A DNA stretch of 64,000 nucleotides. Origin: a virus. The DNA lies in the IMG/VR virus record IMGVR_UViG_3300028840_007197, positions 1 through 64,000 of that record. One strand, written 5' to 3'. Below are positions 1-10,550 of the stretch, in pieces (positions within the stretch are counted from its first letter, which is position 1; every line of letters starts with the position of its first letter). The position numbers and the translations under genes are program-made. The notes under the pieces were generated by a model. The model searched no databases. It was not told the DNA's origin and saw nothing but the letters and a program-made list of their open reading frames with translations.

Positions 1-3000
1 GAAGGGAGTTGGCCCCTTACAGCAACACCGGCGCTATCAACATTTAATTGACCTAAAATACCTATACCAGATGATATATCACTAATTGCGGTTATTGCAG
101 GACTGTCATTTGTTAAAGCTCTGATCTTACCGTTTACATTTAAACTTAATCCAGCAGAATCTGCAGTACCTATACCAACAGTACTAATTTGAGAAAAGCC
201 ACTTATATAGGCATTACCTTGAACATGCAAATCTGATTGGGGGCTCGCCGTGCCGATACCTAAATACCCAGCAGTAGTTATTCTAACTCTCTCAGTGTTA
301 TCAGGGAGGAAAGCGATATACCCGCCGTTTGTTCCCCAAGTACCAGCAGTAACTGTTCTAATTCTAAAGCCTGCACCGCTTCCTGTTTGACGCTGCATAA
401 GAACATCGGTGCTTCCGATCTCCATATATCGGTCAAAATTAGAAGCTTCAGTAAGCCTTATGATGTCACTGGAAGCTGATGCTCCACCTGTAATTTCTAC
501 TATTCTAGATGGGGCTGATGTTTGGATCCCCAGACTACCGTTTTCTATAAGGACATTACCGGTAGACTTTATAGCCCTGAGAATGAATCCACCAGTAGAG
601 TTACGAACATACAAGCTTGAATTAAATAGATCTACGTCAGTAGATGGAACTGAAGTATTAACGCCTACTCTGTTAGAACTAGTGTTAACCACGAAAATCT
701 GACTATTAGTATCAGAAAATGCTCTTAAACCTCCGAAGACATCAAGACGGTTTGAAGAAGGTTGAGTACCAATACCGGCATAGCCACTTATATAGACAGA
801 ACCTGACTGGTCTACACTGAATACGGTAGAGCTCTCAGAGTTAAATCCTACGAAACAATTGCCCGCAGCATCGGTAACTTGTCCTACGACGGCAGAAGAA
901 TTGCTTTTACCGACTATGGCGGAGGCGGTACTCGTGTTAACTACGGTGAGCGTGGTAAACGGGGCGCTATGGCTAATAGACGCACGTCCATCATCTACGT
1001 AAAGTCTATAAGTAGAACTCGTTGCGCCGATTCCAATATAGCTAAATTCGCTATAACTCAAAGAATAGACAGCACCTTTTTCATTTACACTGAATACGGG
1101 AGAGCCCACAGAGTTAAATCCTACGAAACAGTCTTCCGCAACATCGGTAGCTTGTCCTACGATGTCTCCGAAAACGTGTAACGCGGCTTGAGGATTCGTA
1201 GTCCCGATGCCAAGGCTTCCGCCTGTGAAATAGCTCGAACTGTTCCCATGAATTCGAACTACAACTGAATTATTCCGATAGACGTCTAGAACGCCATCAT
1301 CACTAGAGGCGTAAGCACGAAAGATAACGTCTGCAGAAGCAGAATCTTTAATTTGGAAATTACCTTTAACTTCTAATTTTTCTCCCGGATTAGCTGTTCC
1401 GATACCAACATTATTTCCAATCGTATATGGATAAAGGGCACCTGCTGCCTGGCTCCAATACGTTGAGGAACCTATTGCATTATCCACATAAGTCTTTACT
1501 GACCTCTCCGTAGGTACTGCGCTATAAGAATTACCAGATAATGTATCATCAATAGAGAACTCATTAATTTGAGTACCGACGCCGAGTTTAGCATAGCCAT
1601 TTACCTGTAAATCATATTGAGGAACCGTTGTACCAATACCTAGTTTTTCATCAGTACTCAGGTCACCAGTAAAATGTCCTTTACCCTCTGCCCAGATCGC
1701 ATAGTCCACGTTGTTCTGGCTGTTGACATAGATGCCATACGTCGTGCCGTCAACAGTCCCATCGTAATCTTGGTTTATGTACAGCCCGTAGGCATTGCCA
1801 GCAATCTTCTCTGTGGAAGTTGCGGTCGTCTGGTCGATATTCAAATACAATCCATAGACGCTGCTGCCAACATCTCCATCAGGGTCCACATTGATATATT
1901 GACCGTAGATATTACCATTTATTACGTGGGGAGTCTCCTGGTCGATATTCAGATACGCGCCAACAGCATCGCCAGTGATGGTCCCGGCGTTAAGGTCGAG
2001 ATAACCGTAGAATGCACGGGCGTTCTGATTCTCTACTCCAGCCGTACCAACAGAACCATTGTTATGTGCAAATGTCGCATAGTTTACATTTACATATCCG
2101 ATATTCCCGCTAGACTGATTGTAGTCGAACTTGGCATAATTGATAATCACATCGTCATTTCGGTCGGTGGCACCGCCGGTCTTCTCAATGTCATACCAGA
2201 TGCCGTAGTGATGCGTGGTCCACTCTTGCCCTGTGCGATCAAGGTGGATGCCCTTGACATCGGAGTGAGGCGTTGTGCCGCCCAGGGTGATTTTGCCACC
2301 CAGTACAGCATTTTTCGCCACACTTAAACCGCCATCCGTCTGCAAAGAGCCGTTCGTGGTAGTCGTGGCATCGATGGTGTCCTTGACATTTATTTTTCCA
2401 GCAAAGGTCGCTAGACCGTCAACGTCTACGCGCAATTTTTCTGTGCTATCAGGCATCAGCGAGATATACCCACCACCGCTACCCCAACTTCCCGCGTTGG
2501 CGGTGCGCAGTCGCAGACCAACATTCGACGCATTCTGACGCTGTATAAGAACATCAGTGCTTCCGATCTCCATATATCGGTCAAAATTAGAAGCTTCAGT
2601 AAGCCTTATGATGTCACTGGAAGCTGATGCTCCACCTGTAATTTCTACTATTCTAGATGGGGCTGATGTTTTTATCCCGAGACTACCGTTTTGAATTATA
2701 ATATTTCCAACGGTGGCAACAAGAGCGGATCCACTCCCGGAATTATCAATACGAATCACAGGCTCCGTCGAACCACCTGTAAGCTGCTTAGCTATGAGTG
2801 CTGGCTGATTAGATATTTGATCTATCTGAACCTGATCAGTTGTGAGAAGCTCCGTATTAATAACGGTAAGAGTACCATTAACGGAAAGATTATTACTTAT
2901 GGTGGCATCATTCAGATAACTGTTACCTGATACGGAGAGACTACTAATTGTAGAATCTCCTACAAACTTGGAATTTCCCCAAACATTGAAAAGATGAGTC

Positions 3001-3419
3001 GGATCAGTAGTGTTTATGCCGATTCTATCATTGGCCTGATTATAGTAAATTTTATCGGCATAAGTTATAGTGTCAGTATCATTCCATACTGTTAAAAAAT
3101 TACTTACTCCGCTACCATCTACCCCTAAACCTGTTACACCTTGGATACCTGTATGACCACGGAGACCAGTAATACCTTGGATACCCATAACACCTGTATT
3201 ACCTTGAGCACCCGTAAAGCCCCGGATCCCGGTCTGACCCTGGATACCCGTTGCTCCAACGCCTGTTACACCCTGGACACCCGTCGCACCGGCTACTCCT
3301 TCAAGGATGGCTTGCTCTATGGTCTTTGATGACCCTAGACGATAGGGGATGTGTTCAGCGGTAAGAGAATCGGGATTGTTCGGGTCGAGCTGTATCCAAC
3401 GGCGTTTGGTCTTAGCCAT
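1..3419 (-). CDS. Long tail fibre / receptor-binding protein, 3'-truncated by the window edge; N-terminal collagen-like repeats
   Basis: ATG at 3419 gives [19 protein letters not shown]...[24 protein letters not shown] (G-X-Y repeats), then recurring GIGTT.P...L.V.G fibre-shaft motifs. It is missing from the ORF track, consistent with no stop inside the window. Confidence 0.8.
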   Translation of the reverse strand, partial: MAKTKRRWIQLDPNNPDSLTAEHIPYRLGSSKTIEQAILEGVAGATGVQGVTGVGATGIQGQTGIRGFTGAQGNTGVMGIQGITGLRGHTGIQGVTGLGVDGSGVSNFLTVWNDTDTITYADKIYYNQANDRIGINTTDPTHLFNVWGNSKFVGDSTISSLSVSGNSYLNDATISNNLSVNGTLTVINTELLTTDQVQIDQISNQPALIAKQLTGGSTEPVIRIDNSGSGSALVATVGNIIIQNGSLGIKTSAPSRIVEITGGASASSDIIRLTEASNFDRYMEIGSTDVLIQRQNASNVGLRLRTANAGSWGSGGGYISLMPDSTEKLRVDVDGLATFAGKINVKDTIDATTTTNGSLQTDGGLSVAKNAVLGGKITLGGTTPHSDVKGIHLDRTGQEWTTHHYGIWYDIEKTGGATDRNDDVIINYAKFDYNQSSGNIGYVNVNYATFAHNNGSVGTAGVENQNARAFYGYLDLNAGTITGDAVGAYLNIDQETPHVINGNIYGQYINVDPDGDVGSSVYGLYLNIDQTTATSTEKIAGNAYGLYINQDYDGTVDGTTYGIYVNSQNNVDYAIWAEGKGHFTGDLSTDEKLGIGTTVPQYDLQVNGYAKLGVGTQINEFSIDDTLSGNSYSAVPTERSVKTYVDNAIGSSTYWSQAAGALYPYTIGNNVGIGTANPGEKLEVKGNFQIKDSASADVIFRAYASSDDGVLDVYRNNSVVVRIHGNSSSYFTGGSLGIGTTNPQAALHVFGDIVGQATDVAEDCFVGFNSVGSPVFSVNEKGAVYSLSYSEFSYIGIGATSSTYRLYVDDGRASISHSAPFTTLTVVNTSTASAIVGKSNSSAVVGQVTDAAGNCFVGFNSESSTVFSVDQSGSVYISGYAGIGTQPSSNRLDVFGGLRAFSDTNSQIFVVNTSSNRVGVNTSVPSTDVDLFNSSLYVRNSTGGFILRAIKSTGNVLIENGSLGIQTSAPSRIVEITGGASASSDIIRLTEASNFDRYMEIGSTDVLMQRQTGSGAGFRIRTVTAGTWGTNGGYIAFLPDNTERVRITTAGYLGIGTASPQSDLHVQGNAYISGFSQISTVGIGTADSAGLSLNVNGKIRALTNDSPAITAISDISSGIGILGQLNVDSAGVAVRGQLP
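388..544. repeat. 157-bp direct repeat, copy 1 (copy 2 at 2536-2692)
   Basis: By-eye alignment gives 5 mismatches in 157 nt, with an identical core at 409-523; both copies are in frame within the tail fibre. Confidence 0.9.
813..1162. repeat. Pair of ~77-bp imperfect direct repeats (813-889 and 1086-1162) inside the tail fibre
   Basis: Shared TACACTGAATACGG...CAGAGTTAAATCCTACGAAACA...CATCGGTA.CTTGTCCTACGA; offset 273 nt. Confidence 0.8.
2536..2692. repeat. 157-bp direct repeat, copy 2
   Basis: Matches 388-544 at an offset of 2148 nt (716 codons). Confidence 0.9.
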
Positions 3420-3561
3420 TAATGGCCCCCAGTTTTTTGTCGGGTATCGTCCCGAATATGTCCCACTGAGGAAAAGCGGAGATGTAGATAGATTGTATTT
3501 CTAGTCTTTATCCCGTTCCTGTGACAGCCACTCTCAGAAGAGAAAGACGGCTACCACCATA

Positions 3562-3846
3562 TTAAAGACGGGCCGGGGTCTTCTCCTTAAACCATGTCCT
3601 TAAAGAATATTCAACGGCCCCCATTTCAAGAGCCTTAGCCCTCCTTATAGGCACTAAATCATAATGGGGCAATCTTTTATGGTCCTGAAACCAGGACCTC
3701 TTCATTCCGATTTTATCGGCAAACTCATGCAGTTCCTCTAAGCTGTCTGCCCATAGATGGCACCAGTAATGCCCAAGACGATTACCTAGACTCGAATTAT
3801 GGGCCATAGGGTATTTTACAATATTATCGACATACACCATAGGCAA
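3562..3846 (-). CDS. DUF4031 family protein
   Basis: VYVD...WCHLWADSLEELHEFA..IGMKRSWFQ....PHYDL....RAKALEMGA matches the family pattern; the likely start is one of the Mets at 3840/3834. Confidence 0.8.
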   Translation of the reverse strand: MPMVYVDNIVKYPMAHNSSLGNRLGHYWCHLWADSLEELHEFADKIGMKRSWFQDHKRLPHYDLVPIRRAKALEMGAVEYSLRTWFKEKTPARL

Positions 3847-3906
3847 AAATTTCCCTATTTATAACTAATTGAAAATAAATAAGTTATAATATATAATCAG
3901 AACTAC

Positions 3907-3947
3907 TTTAGAAATGGCCCATTTTCCTGTATAATAGATAAGGAGGT
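3907..3947 (+). promoter_or_regulatory. Sigma70-like promoter and strong RBS for the plus-strand island
   Basis: TTTAGA-17 nt-TATAAT (3930-3935), then AAGGAGGT before ATG 3951. Confidence 0.55.
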
Positions 3948-3950
3948 GAC

Positions 3951-4328
3951 ATGCAGGTACTAGTCATAGATGAATTCAGCAAGGCCCGGATTGAACGCCT
4001 GAAACAATATGCTGAAAACAATCCCCTCACTCTTCAGGATGTCCTGGACACCTTAGAGGGCAAAAAGGAACCTATTGGTGATAACCAACACCATGTAATC
4101 TTCCTATTCAATGATTTTAGGGTCGTATACTCCATTGAACAACAACCCGAAGGAACATTCAGACACATAAGTGTCTCACTGACAGATACTGATAAACTTC
4201 CGAGCCTTCAAGCTTTCGAATTTATCCTTGAAGCCTTCGGAATGCCCGATACCGCCAACTGCGTTAATATGTGGATAGAGGGTCATAGCTCGATAAACGT
4301 CCTCGCGGAGTTAGATGGTGTATACTAA
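3951..4328 (+). CDS. Hypothetical protein
   Basis: 125-aa ORF with a perfect SD; RVVYSIE...RHISVS motif. Confidence 0.75.
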   Translation: MQVLVIDEFSKARIERLKQYAENNPLTLQDVLDTLEGKKEPIGDNQHHVIFLFNDFRVVYSIEQQPEGTFRHISVSLTDTDKLPSLQAFEFILEAFGMPDTANCVNMWIEGHSSINVLAELDGVY

Positions 4329-4518
4329 GGAATCACTTATAGAAGCCTTGAGTAGCATTATTCCAAAAGACCACTGGGGAGATGAGATGCTCCCCAGAGT
4401 CGTATCCAGAGTCATTGAAAAGATATTTATAGAAAATTTGCCTACGAACACGAACATCGAAATCATTCGGCATGCAGCGAAGGACTTGTATATAGAGGGC
4501 TATTTCAAATTCTCTTAA
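4315..4518 (+). CDS. Hypothetical protein
   Basis: 67-aa ORF packed in the operon. Confidence 0.55.
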   Translation: MVYTKESLIEALSSIIPKDHWGDEMLPRVVSRVIEKIFIENLPTNTNIEIIRHAAKDLYIEGYFKFS

Positions 4519-4522
4519 TATT

Positions 4523-5173
4523 ATGAAAAAAAGACCATTAAACTCCAAGAAGATTATCGTTGATGCCTTGAAACATCACCATACGATGTCCAGAGCTGCA
4601 AGGCACCTGGGAGTCACTCGAATGGCCGTTTCCTATGCCGTGCAGCGCTTCAATATTCCTTATGATGCTGAAGCGGCACGACTGAAAGTTCTGTTCGATA
4701 AAAAACTGAATAAACAACGTGACGCGCTTATCCTCAAAAAAGCCCTACAAGGCAAGTCCGTAACTGATATCTCTTCTGAGGTCGCGTGCCCTTATCATGT
4801 CGTTTCAACGGTATTAAGAAGAGAGCGCCTATTCATCACCGACCGTAAAAACATGGCATATCTTAAAATATATCAGCTTTATCTTAAAGGATTAAAAATA
4901 AAAGACATATCGGATAGTATTGGGATGGAATTTACGAGTGTGCCTCGAATTATACGGATCCTTTTCTTTGGTGACGGACTCAGAAGAGGACAGCACCGCC
5001 GTTATCTCAATAAGGAAATGGTGCTAAAGTGTTCATGTAAAAAGAAGCTAACAGAGCCTCTCAGCGTTACAAGGACATACTATCTCAAGACAGGTAACGG
5101 TGGGCCTGATTGGATGGGAAGATACAGACGCCAAGACGGATATTTTACTCCCAGAGGTTTACCTGCGGGATAG
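4523..5173 (+). CDS. Multi-helix-turn-helix DNA-binding protein
   Basis: Three HTH-like segments (TMSRAARHLGVTRMAV; GKSVTDISSEVAC; GLKIKDISDSIGM); basic protein. Confidence 0.65.
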   Translation: MKKRPLNSKKIIVDALKHHHTMSRAARHLGVTRMAVSYAVQRFNIPYDAEAARLKVLFDKKLNKQRDALILKKALQGKSVTDISSEVACPYHVVSTVLRRERLFITDRKNMAYLKIYQLYLKGLKIKDISDSIGMEFTSVPRIIRILFFGDGLRRGQHRRYLNKEMVLKCSCKKKLTEPLSVTRTYYLKTGNGGPDWMGRYRRQDGYFTPRGLPAG

Positions 5174-5267
5174 TACTCCGGCATTCAAATAGAAAAAATC
5201 TAATGACGTGAGTCTGAACTGAGTTACCAAGATAGAGTGTACCGCATTCAATAAGAAAGAATTCTAC

Positions 5268-6071
5268 ATGACTTCACGTATTCGGTCTGTCCTGAAATGG
5301 CCCGGTGGAAAATTCCGGATGCTCGATGCTATCCTTGAAATGCTGCCGACAGGAAAGAGGCTCGTCGAACCTTTCGCCGGGGGTGGGGCTCTTTTCCTGA
5401 ACTCCCAATTCAAATCTTATCTCATAAACGACATCAACCAGGATCTGATTTCCTTCTATAATGCCGTCAAAACGGGCGGTACGGCGTTTATAGAAGCATG
5501 TAAGTCATGCTTCAGCGAAGAAAACAACAACAAGGATAAGTTTTTCCAGTTAAGAGACCTGTTCAATAAAGGAAATCCCAGGCCACCCGAACTATTTTTG
5601 TATCTCAATCGACATGGCTTCAACGGCTTATGCAGATACAACCAGAAGGAAGAATTCAATGTTCCCTTCGGAGATTATGAAAAGCCCTATTTCCCTGAGA
5701 TGGAGCTGAAGTATCTCTATAAGCTCAGTAAAAAGGTACGCTTCACCTGCAATGATTTCAGGATAACCTTTAAAAATCTCAGACCGGGTGATGTCGTGTA
5801 CTGCGATCCGCCTTTTCTTCCTCTTTCACCGACATCGAACTTCACGTCATTCTCGGCGGGAGGATTCACTATTGATGACCAGATAGACCTTGCACATAGG
5901 GCCGAAACGGCCCCTGTACCGGTACTTATTTCTAATCATGATGTACCTATGGCAAGAGACATATTCTCAAAGGCCACGGTCATCAATTCAGTTCCTTGTA
6001 GGCGCTCTATCGCTGCGAGTGGAAACTCCAGGGGTAAGGTCAATGAGCTCTTAGCCTTATATGCAAAGTAG
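5268..6071 (+). CDS. dam: Dam-family DNA adenine methyltransferase
   Basis: LKWPGGK, EPFAGGGA, FLYLNRHGFNGLCRYN..FNVPFG, DVVYCDPPF and SNHD motifs. Confidence 0.93.
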   Translation: MTSRIRSVLKWPGGKFRMLDAILEMLPTGKRLVEPFAGGGALFLNSQFKSYLINDINQDLISFYNAVKTGGTAFIEACKSCFSEENNNKDKFFQLRDLFNKGNPRPPELFLYLNRHGFNGLCRYNQKEEFNVPFGDYEKPYFPEMELKYLYKLSKKVRFTCNDFRITFKNLRPGDVVYCDPPFLPLSPTSNFTSFSAGGFTIDDQIDLAHRAETAPVPVLISNHDVPMARDIFSKATVINSVPCRRSIAASGNSRGKVNELLALYAK

Positions 6072-6122
6072 CGTCAGATGGACAATAAATGCGAAAAACT
6101 TACAACCTTAAGGAGTCTTTCA

Positions 6123-6275
6123 ATGGCGAAGAAGAAAGTGGACGTTAAGACAAAGGGATGCTCAAACTGTGCCCGTATGAAGTTTGTGAAAGAAGACGAT
6201 CGCTGTCCTAAGCTGCTCTCATGCGTCGTGCATGCAAAGCCTGGACAGGAGTTCAAGCACTATATACCTGCATAA
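6123..6275 (+). CDS. Small Cys-rich hypothetical protein
   Basis: AGGAG SD before ATG 6123; CSNC...C....C. Confidence 0.5.
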   Translation: MAKKKVDVKTKGCSNCARMKFVKEDDRCPKLLSCVVHAKPGQEFKHYIPA

Positions 6276-6283
6276 GGTTCACC

Positions 6284-6505
6284 ATGGTTAAGGTCGTTGA
6301 AGGAGTAGAGGGTTACTGGCACTATCATCTATCTGAGACAGGTATCTCGGGGCATCCGGCTCTATGTGGTAATAAAAGGGTCATGCATACCGAGATACCT
6401 CTCTCGACTTGGGGTAAAAAGAGCCATCTGAACGAAAAGTATTGTTTGGAGTGCGAGAAGAAAGCTGGTTCGAAGTGTCCTTCAAGTACCAGGTCCAACG
6501 GCTAA
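6284..6505 (+). CDS. Small putative Zn-binding hypothetical protein
   Basis: MVKVVEGVEGYWHYH...ALCG...YCLEC; start reassigned from the track's 6221. Confidence 0.6.
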   Translation: MVKVVEGVEGYWHYHLSETGISGHPALCGNKRVMHTEIPLSTWGKKSHLNEKYCLECEKKAGSKCPSSTRSNG

Positions 6506-7824
6506 ACCCTCATGAGATGATCCTCGAAAGAGGAGTAAAGAAGCCTATAAGGGCCTTTATGAATGAGGCCTTATATGAGGCTTCTGAAGAGGAAATGTGG
6601 CGTCAGGCTGCCTGGGCCACAACCATACCCTCTGTCGAGTCCGTCGTCATAACTCCTGATGCCCATGCAGGAGCTGGGGTACCAATCGGTCTAGTGGTTG
6701 CTACCAAAGACTATGTCGCCCCTTGTGCAGCAGGGTACGATATATCCTGCGGCATGCTTTCTATGCGTACAAGCCTCATTGCTGAGAACATAAAGGATAA
6801 AATCATCAGGCGTTCCTGGATGCAGGAAGTGGAAAGCCGAGTGGCCTGCGGTTTAGGGGGTCATCGTGTAGACGGTCAGATCAGAATCAATGGTAATCTC
6901 TTTGAGGAGATACTTCAAAATGGTATACTGGCTCTTGATGCCCCCCAGAATATTCGAGGTCGCTTCGAACGAACACATCATATAGTGAAGAGATATGTTC
7001 GATTTAAGAAAGCGGCAGACCGTGGAATGCCCGAGCTGGCCAGTCTGGGGTCTGGAAACCATTTCCTTGAACTCCAACAGGACCAGAAAGGAACCGTATG
7101 GATTATGATCCACACGGGGTCTCGTGGATATGGGCACCAGGTAGCAACCGAATTCTTCAACAGAGGCTTTGAGTGGTGGAACCAAAGTCACCCCAACGAG
7201 ATACTCGGAAAAGGTCAGAAGGAACTCGTTTCCTTTCCAGTGGATTCTGAGATCGGTCAGGACTATCTCAATGCCATGAATCAGGCTGCTAACTACGCCA
7301 TAGTGAACAGATACCTCATCGCTAAAGCAGTAATAGAGGCCACGGAGAAGGTATTTAAGAGCACCCCGGAGATACTCTATGAAATAAGCCACAACCTCGT
7401 TCAATACGAGGGTGGCCTCTGGGTACATAGAAAGGGTGCCACAAGGGCCCTACCGGCCGGTCATGAGCTTCTTAAGGGATCTATTTTTGAGACCACCGGT
7501 CACCCTGTTCTGATTCCAGGCAGCATGGGTACTTCATCTGCTATTCTTACTCCAAAGGATAGCGAAAAATCCCTGCACAGCGTTAACCATGGCTGTGGAA
7601 GGGTAATGTCTCGCGGTCGGGCAAAACGGACTTTTGCCCAGGATGTCCTGAATAAAGAGATGGACGACATGGATATCCTCTATAACAGCAGGAATGTTCC
7701 TATTGATGAGTCCTTGCACTGTTATAAGGATATCGATGAGGTCCTCTCTACCGTTGAGGGAGCAGAACTTGCGATTACGGATATAAGGCTCTATCCAAGA
7801 GCCGTTATCAAGGGGGAGAGTTGA
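6475..7824 (+). CDS. rtcB: RtcB family RNA 3'-phosphate/5'-OH ligase
   Basis: PDAHAG, GYDISCG, SLGSGNHFLE, HTGSRGYG, SHN, HRKGAT, IPGSMG, HGCGRVMSR and YKDIDEV motifs; GTG 6475 is the likely start (track gives 6442). Confidence 0.95.
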   Translation: MSFKYQVQRLNPHEMILERGVKKPIRAFMNEALYEASEEEMWRQAAWATTIPSVESVVITPDAHAGAGVPIGLVVATKDYVAPCAAGYDISCGMLSMRTSLIAENIKDKIIRRSWMQEVESRVACGLGGHRVDGQIRINGNLFEEILQNGILALDAPQNIRGRFERTHHIVKRYVRFKKAADRGMPELASLGSGNHFLELQQDQKGTVWIMIHTGSRGYGHQVATEFFNRGFEWWNQSHPNEILGKGQKELVSFPVDSEIGQDYLNAMNQAANYAIVNRYLIAKAVIEATEKVFKSTPEILYEISHNLVQYEGGLWVHRKGATRALPAGHELLKGSIFETTGHPVLIPGSMGTSSAILTPKDSEKSLHSVNHGCGRVMSRGRAKRTFAQDVLNKEMDDMDILYNSRNVPIDESLHCYKDIDEVLSTVEGAELAITDIRLYPRAVIKGES

Positions 7825-8091
7825 TTGATATGTCTTCTGTGTTCCAGGGAATCAGCATTCAAGGAACACTTTGAAAAGCATCATCTGACTCCCAGATGTA
7901 AAAAGGGGAAGAGAACTATCGATGTCTGCATAGATTGCGGTAACCAGATACACAAACTTTTCACGATTAAAGAACTATGTGCCCTTAATACTTTGGATCT
8001 CTTATTGAATCATCCTAGGGTGAAAAAATGGTCCTTATGGGTTAAAAATAGACCCATAGGCATATGTATGAAGTCCAAAAAGAAACGCTAG
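7825..8091 (+). CDS. Small HNH-like endonuclease
   Basis: CLLCSR...EKHHLTPR...CIDCGNQIH. Confidence 0.7.
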   Translation: MICLLCSRESAFKEHFEKHHLTPRCKKGKRTIDVCIDCGNQIHKLFTIKELCALNTLDLLLNHPRVKKWSLWVKNRPIGICMKSKKKR

Positions 8092-8100
8092 GGGAGAGGG

Positions 8101-8802
8101 ATGCTACCTCTTAAGGGAAGAGACATCATAGTTACGTCTGGGGGGACCCGAGAGTATATCGATGATGTCCGGGTAATGACCAACATCAGTACGGGTAAAC
8201 TCGGGGCCAACATAGCACAGTCTCTTCATGACCTGGGTGCTACGGTACATTATATCCACGGAGTGGGGGCTAAGATACCGAATATTGAGGGTATTCATCT
8301 TTATCAGGTTTCATCAGCCAATGACCTCTTAAACTCACTCAGGGGGGTCATCAATTCGTGTCGTAAATGGGGCAGCCCCGTTTTCAGCGTGATACATGCT
8401 ATGGCAGTATCGGATTTTTCGTTCAAGAGGGACAGTGCCGTCAAATGCAAATCCGATAGTGCTGAGGATTTTATCGAGTACATGCGTCGCACCATCACGA
8501 AAAACCCGAAGATAATCTCCTCCATCAAATCGTTGGAACCCAGTACAGTCCTCATAGGTTTCAAGTTTGAGGTGGGGGCTGATATATCTACTCTAGCAGA
8601 CCTTGCTCATAAATCTATTGAAAAGAACCATTGTGACCTCGTGGTAACCAACGATAAAGTAGAAATGGTCAAAAAGGGAGAACACATAGCCCATCTCTTT
8701 TTTTCCGACCATATGCACAACCTTGGATTCGTTGATTTCACGGTAAGTGGCAAAGATAGAATCGCGGACCACATTGCTGCAACTCTAGCTATGCTGAAAT
8801 GA
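8101..8802 (+). CDS. coaB: Phosphopantothenate-cysteine ligase (CoaB / DFP C-terminal domain)
   Basis: VTSGGTREYIDDVRVMTNISTGKLG, IHAMAVSDF, LIGFKFE and CDLVVTND motifs. Confidence 0.9.
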   Translation: MLPLKGRDIIVTSGGTREYIDDVRVMTNISTGKLGANIAQSLHDLGATVHYIHGVGAKIPNIEGIHLYQVSSANDLLNSLRGVINSCRKWGSPVFSVIHAMAVSDFSFKRDSAVKCKSDSAEDFIEYMRRTITKNPKIISSIKSLEPSTVLIGFKFEVGADISTLADLAHKSIEKNHCDLVVTNDKVEMVKKGEHIAHLFFSDHMHNLGFVDFTVSGKDRIADHIAATLAMLK

Positions 8803-8850
8803 GCGCACTTCTGCCACCATTAAATCCAGTGCCCCCAATCCCCCTTTGGA

Positions 8851-9276
8851 GTGAGAATGATCAGAAATGATTTCATAAACGGGGGGTTTCCTATATGTTC
8901 AAGGAATCCCGTCATATGCGTAACCAATGAAGGTAAGGTATTCGTATCCTACGACCGCCTTACACTCATTAAAACACTCAGCCAGCCCGGAATCATAAAG
9001 TGTCTTGGTGTCTGGCCAGGAAAACAGAATACCGACCTCTTTCCCTTATCCCCGGAGGCATATTCTAAGATAGCCCCTCCCGAGGACAACAGGGATATAG
9101 ATGATTGTACGGACATTCAGATACACTGCAACAAAAACGGTGAGCTACTAGAAGTATCTTATCTTCCAGCGGGGTCCTCTACGAGGAAGACCTCAAAGAA
9201 ACCGTTAGCAGCGAACCTCGCTGACTATATTATTTCTTTAGGTCTGATCCATAAGGTTATCTACGATAAGGATTAA
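8851..9276 (+). CDS. Hypothetical protein
   Basis: 141-aa ORF in the operon; start uncertain. Confidence 0.6.
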   Translation: MRMIRNDFINGGFPICSRNPVICVTNEGKVFVSYDRLTLIKTLSQPGIIKCLGVWPGKQNTDLFPLSPEAYSKIAPPEDNRDIDDCTDIQIHCNKNGELLEVSYLPAGSSTRKTSKKPLAANLADYIISLGLIHKVIYDKD

Positions 9277-9279
9277 AAA

Positions 9280-9498
9280 ATGTACTGTGAAGATAATGAG
9301 TGTGAGAAGAGGATTAAGGGTTACTGCCGAATCCCTACAAAGCCCCTGAAACCGGAAGATGAACCTTACAGTCTTACTTATAGATGTACCTGTAAGGGAT
9401 GCGACTGGAGTGAGTTTGAGGCTGGTAATGTGAAAGAGCCCTGTGAATTCATTGGGGACCCTTACAATATAGATGGAGACTGTCTGGCTTTAAAATGA
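9280..9498 (+). CDS. Cys-rich hypothetical protein
   Basis: 72 aa, 8 Cys, SD AAGGA. Confidence 0.6.
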   Translation: MYCEDNECEKRIKGYCRIPTKPLKPEDEPYSLTYRCTCKGCDWSEFEAGNVKEPCEFIGDPYNIDGDCLALK

Positions 9499-10214
9499 AA
9501 TATCTCATTTCTATAATGAACGGTCTGAACAGGTTCTCGCAAGCGGACATGAGCCATATCTTTGACATGTCTGGTCTTGAAAATTATGATGTAGACTGGT
9601 CTCCGACTGTTTCGGAACAGGAACGTGAATCCTCAACCCTCTTCTATGAGGTCCTGAAAGCGAAACCGCCAAAGGGGTCCCAACTTCTTTTCAACAGGGG
9701 GACACTTCTTAATCTTTCAGAATCATACCTTGAGCATAAACTTCAAACCAGTCCCCTTTGGAAGGATGATAGTGCCTGTAAGATATTCATAGCCAAGAGT
9801 TATGGCGTCGTAGATACTTTAAGGTCTCTCAAGAGATTTAAAAAACTTCCTAAAATAGACCTTATGATTCTGATAGATGGCTATGCAACACCTCTACCAC
9901 TTCGGTCGGTAACTAAGAGAAAAAATGGTAATCGCCTTTGGTTTGAGGTTCCGGAACAGGTTCAGAGTTCTCACTGTATAGTACAGAGAAAAGATGATAT
10001 CCGAGGCCTTTTTGCCTTCAATAGTATCAATACTATAGTAACTCCAACGATGGTTAGGAACAGGGTCTACTCTGAGTATAAGGATGGCTATAAAAGAGCA
10101 CTTACAGTTTCCCACTACAATATGGAAGAGATAGTAAGTACCATCCCTTGTTTTAATTACAATGGTAGAGATTATAACCTTAGAGGTCTATTAAGTTATT
10201 GGTTCAACAAATAG
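9495..10214 (+). CDS. Hypothetical protein, possible alpha/beta-hydrolase fold
   Basis: IFIAKSYG resembles a nucleophile elbow, followed by DLMILIDG and a late His (SHYN); the fold is an inference. Confidence 0.45.
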   Translation: MKYLISIMNGLNRFSQADMSHIFDMSGLENYDVDWSPTVSEQERESSTLFYEVLKAKPPKGSQLLFNRGTLLNLSESYLEHKLQTSPLWKDDSACKIFIAKSYGVVDTLRSLKRFKKLPKIDLMILIDGYATPLPLRSVTKRKNGNRLWFEVPEQVQSSHCIVQRKDDIRGLFAFNSINTIVTPTMVRNRVYSEYKDGYKRALTVSHYNMEEIVSTIPCFNYNGRDYNLRGLLSYWFNK

Positions 10215-10223
10215 GGGGACATT

Positions 10224-10550
10224 ATGGCTCGGGCAGAAACGTACTTCTCCCGGAAGTACCGAAAACCTATTGTCACCAGTTATGACGATCCCGGTAAGTT
10301 CATAAAAGACTGGGTCCGCTACAGCAGGGTCTCCGTCAGAGAACTATCACGGAGGCTAAAATGTAGCAGCGGATACATGTCTTCCGTAATCAACGGACTT
10401 CAGCCCCTCTCGATCAGAATGACTAAGAAAATCAGCCATATCATGGAGCTTACTAAGCGGCAGGAAGAGTTTTTTATCATTCTGAGTGTCCTGTCGCATA
10501 ATATCGAGAAAAAATACCGGTCACTGATCTTGAGAAGGAGGACATTTTGA
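10224..10550 (+). CDS. XRE-family HTH regulator
   Basis: VSVRELSRRLKCSSGYMSSVINGLQPLS. Confidence 0.75.
   Translation: MARAETYFSRKYRKPIVTSYDDPGKFIKDWVRYSRVSVRELSRRLKCSSGYMSSVINGLQPLSIRMTKKISHIMELTKRQEEFFIILSVLSHNIEKKYRSLILRRRTF

Noticed and set aside
388-2692. DGR template/variable repeat pair
   Set aside because: Both copies are in frame in one gene, only five positions differ, and there is no reverse transcriptase in the window.
409-3329. Plus-strand ORFs over the tail fibre, and similar antisense ORFs throughout the window
   Set aside because: Shadow frames of long opposite-strand genes.
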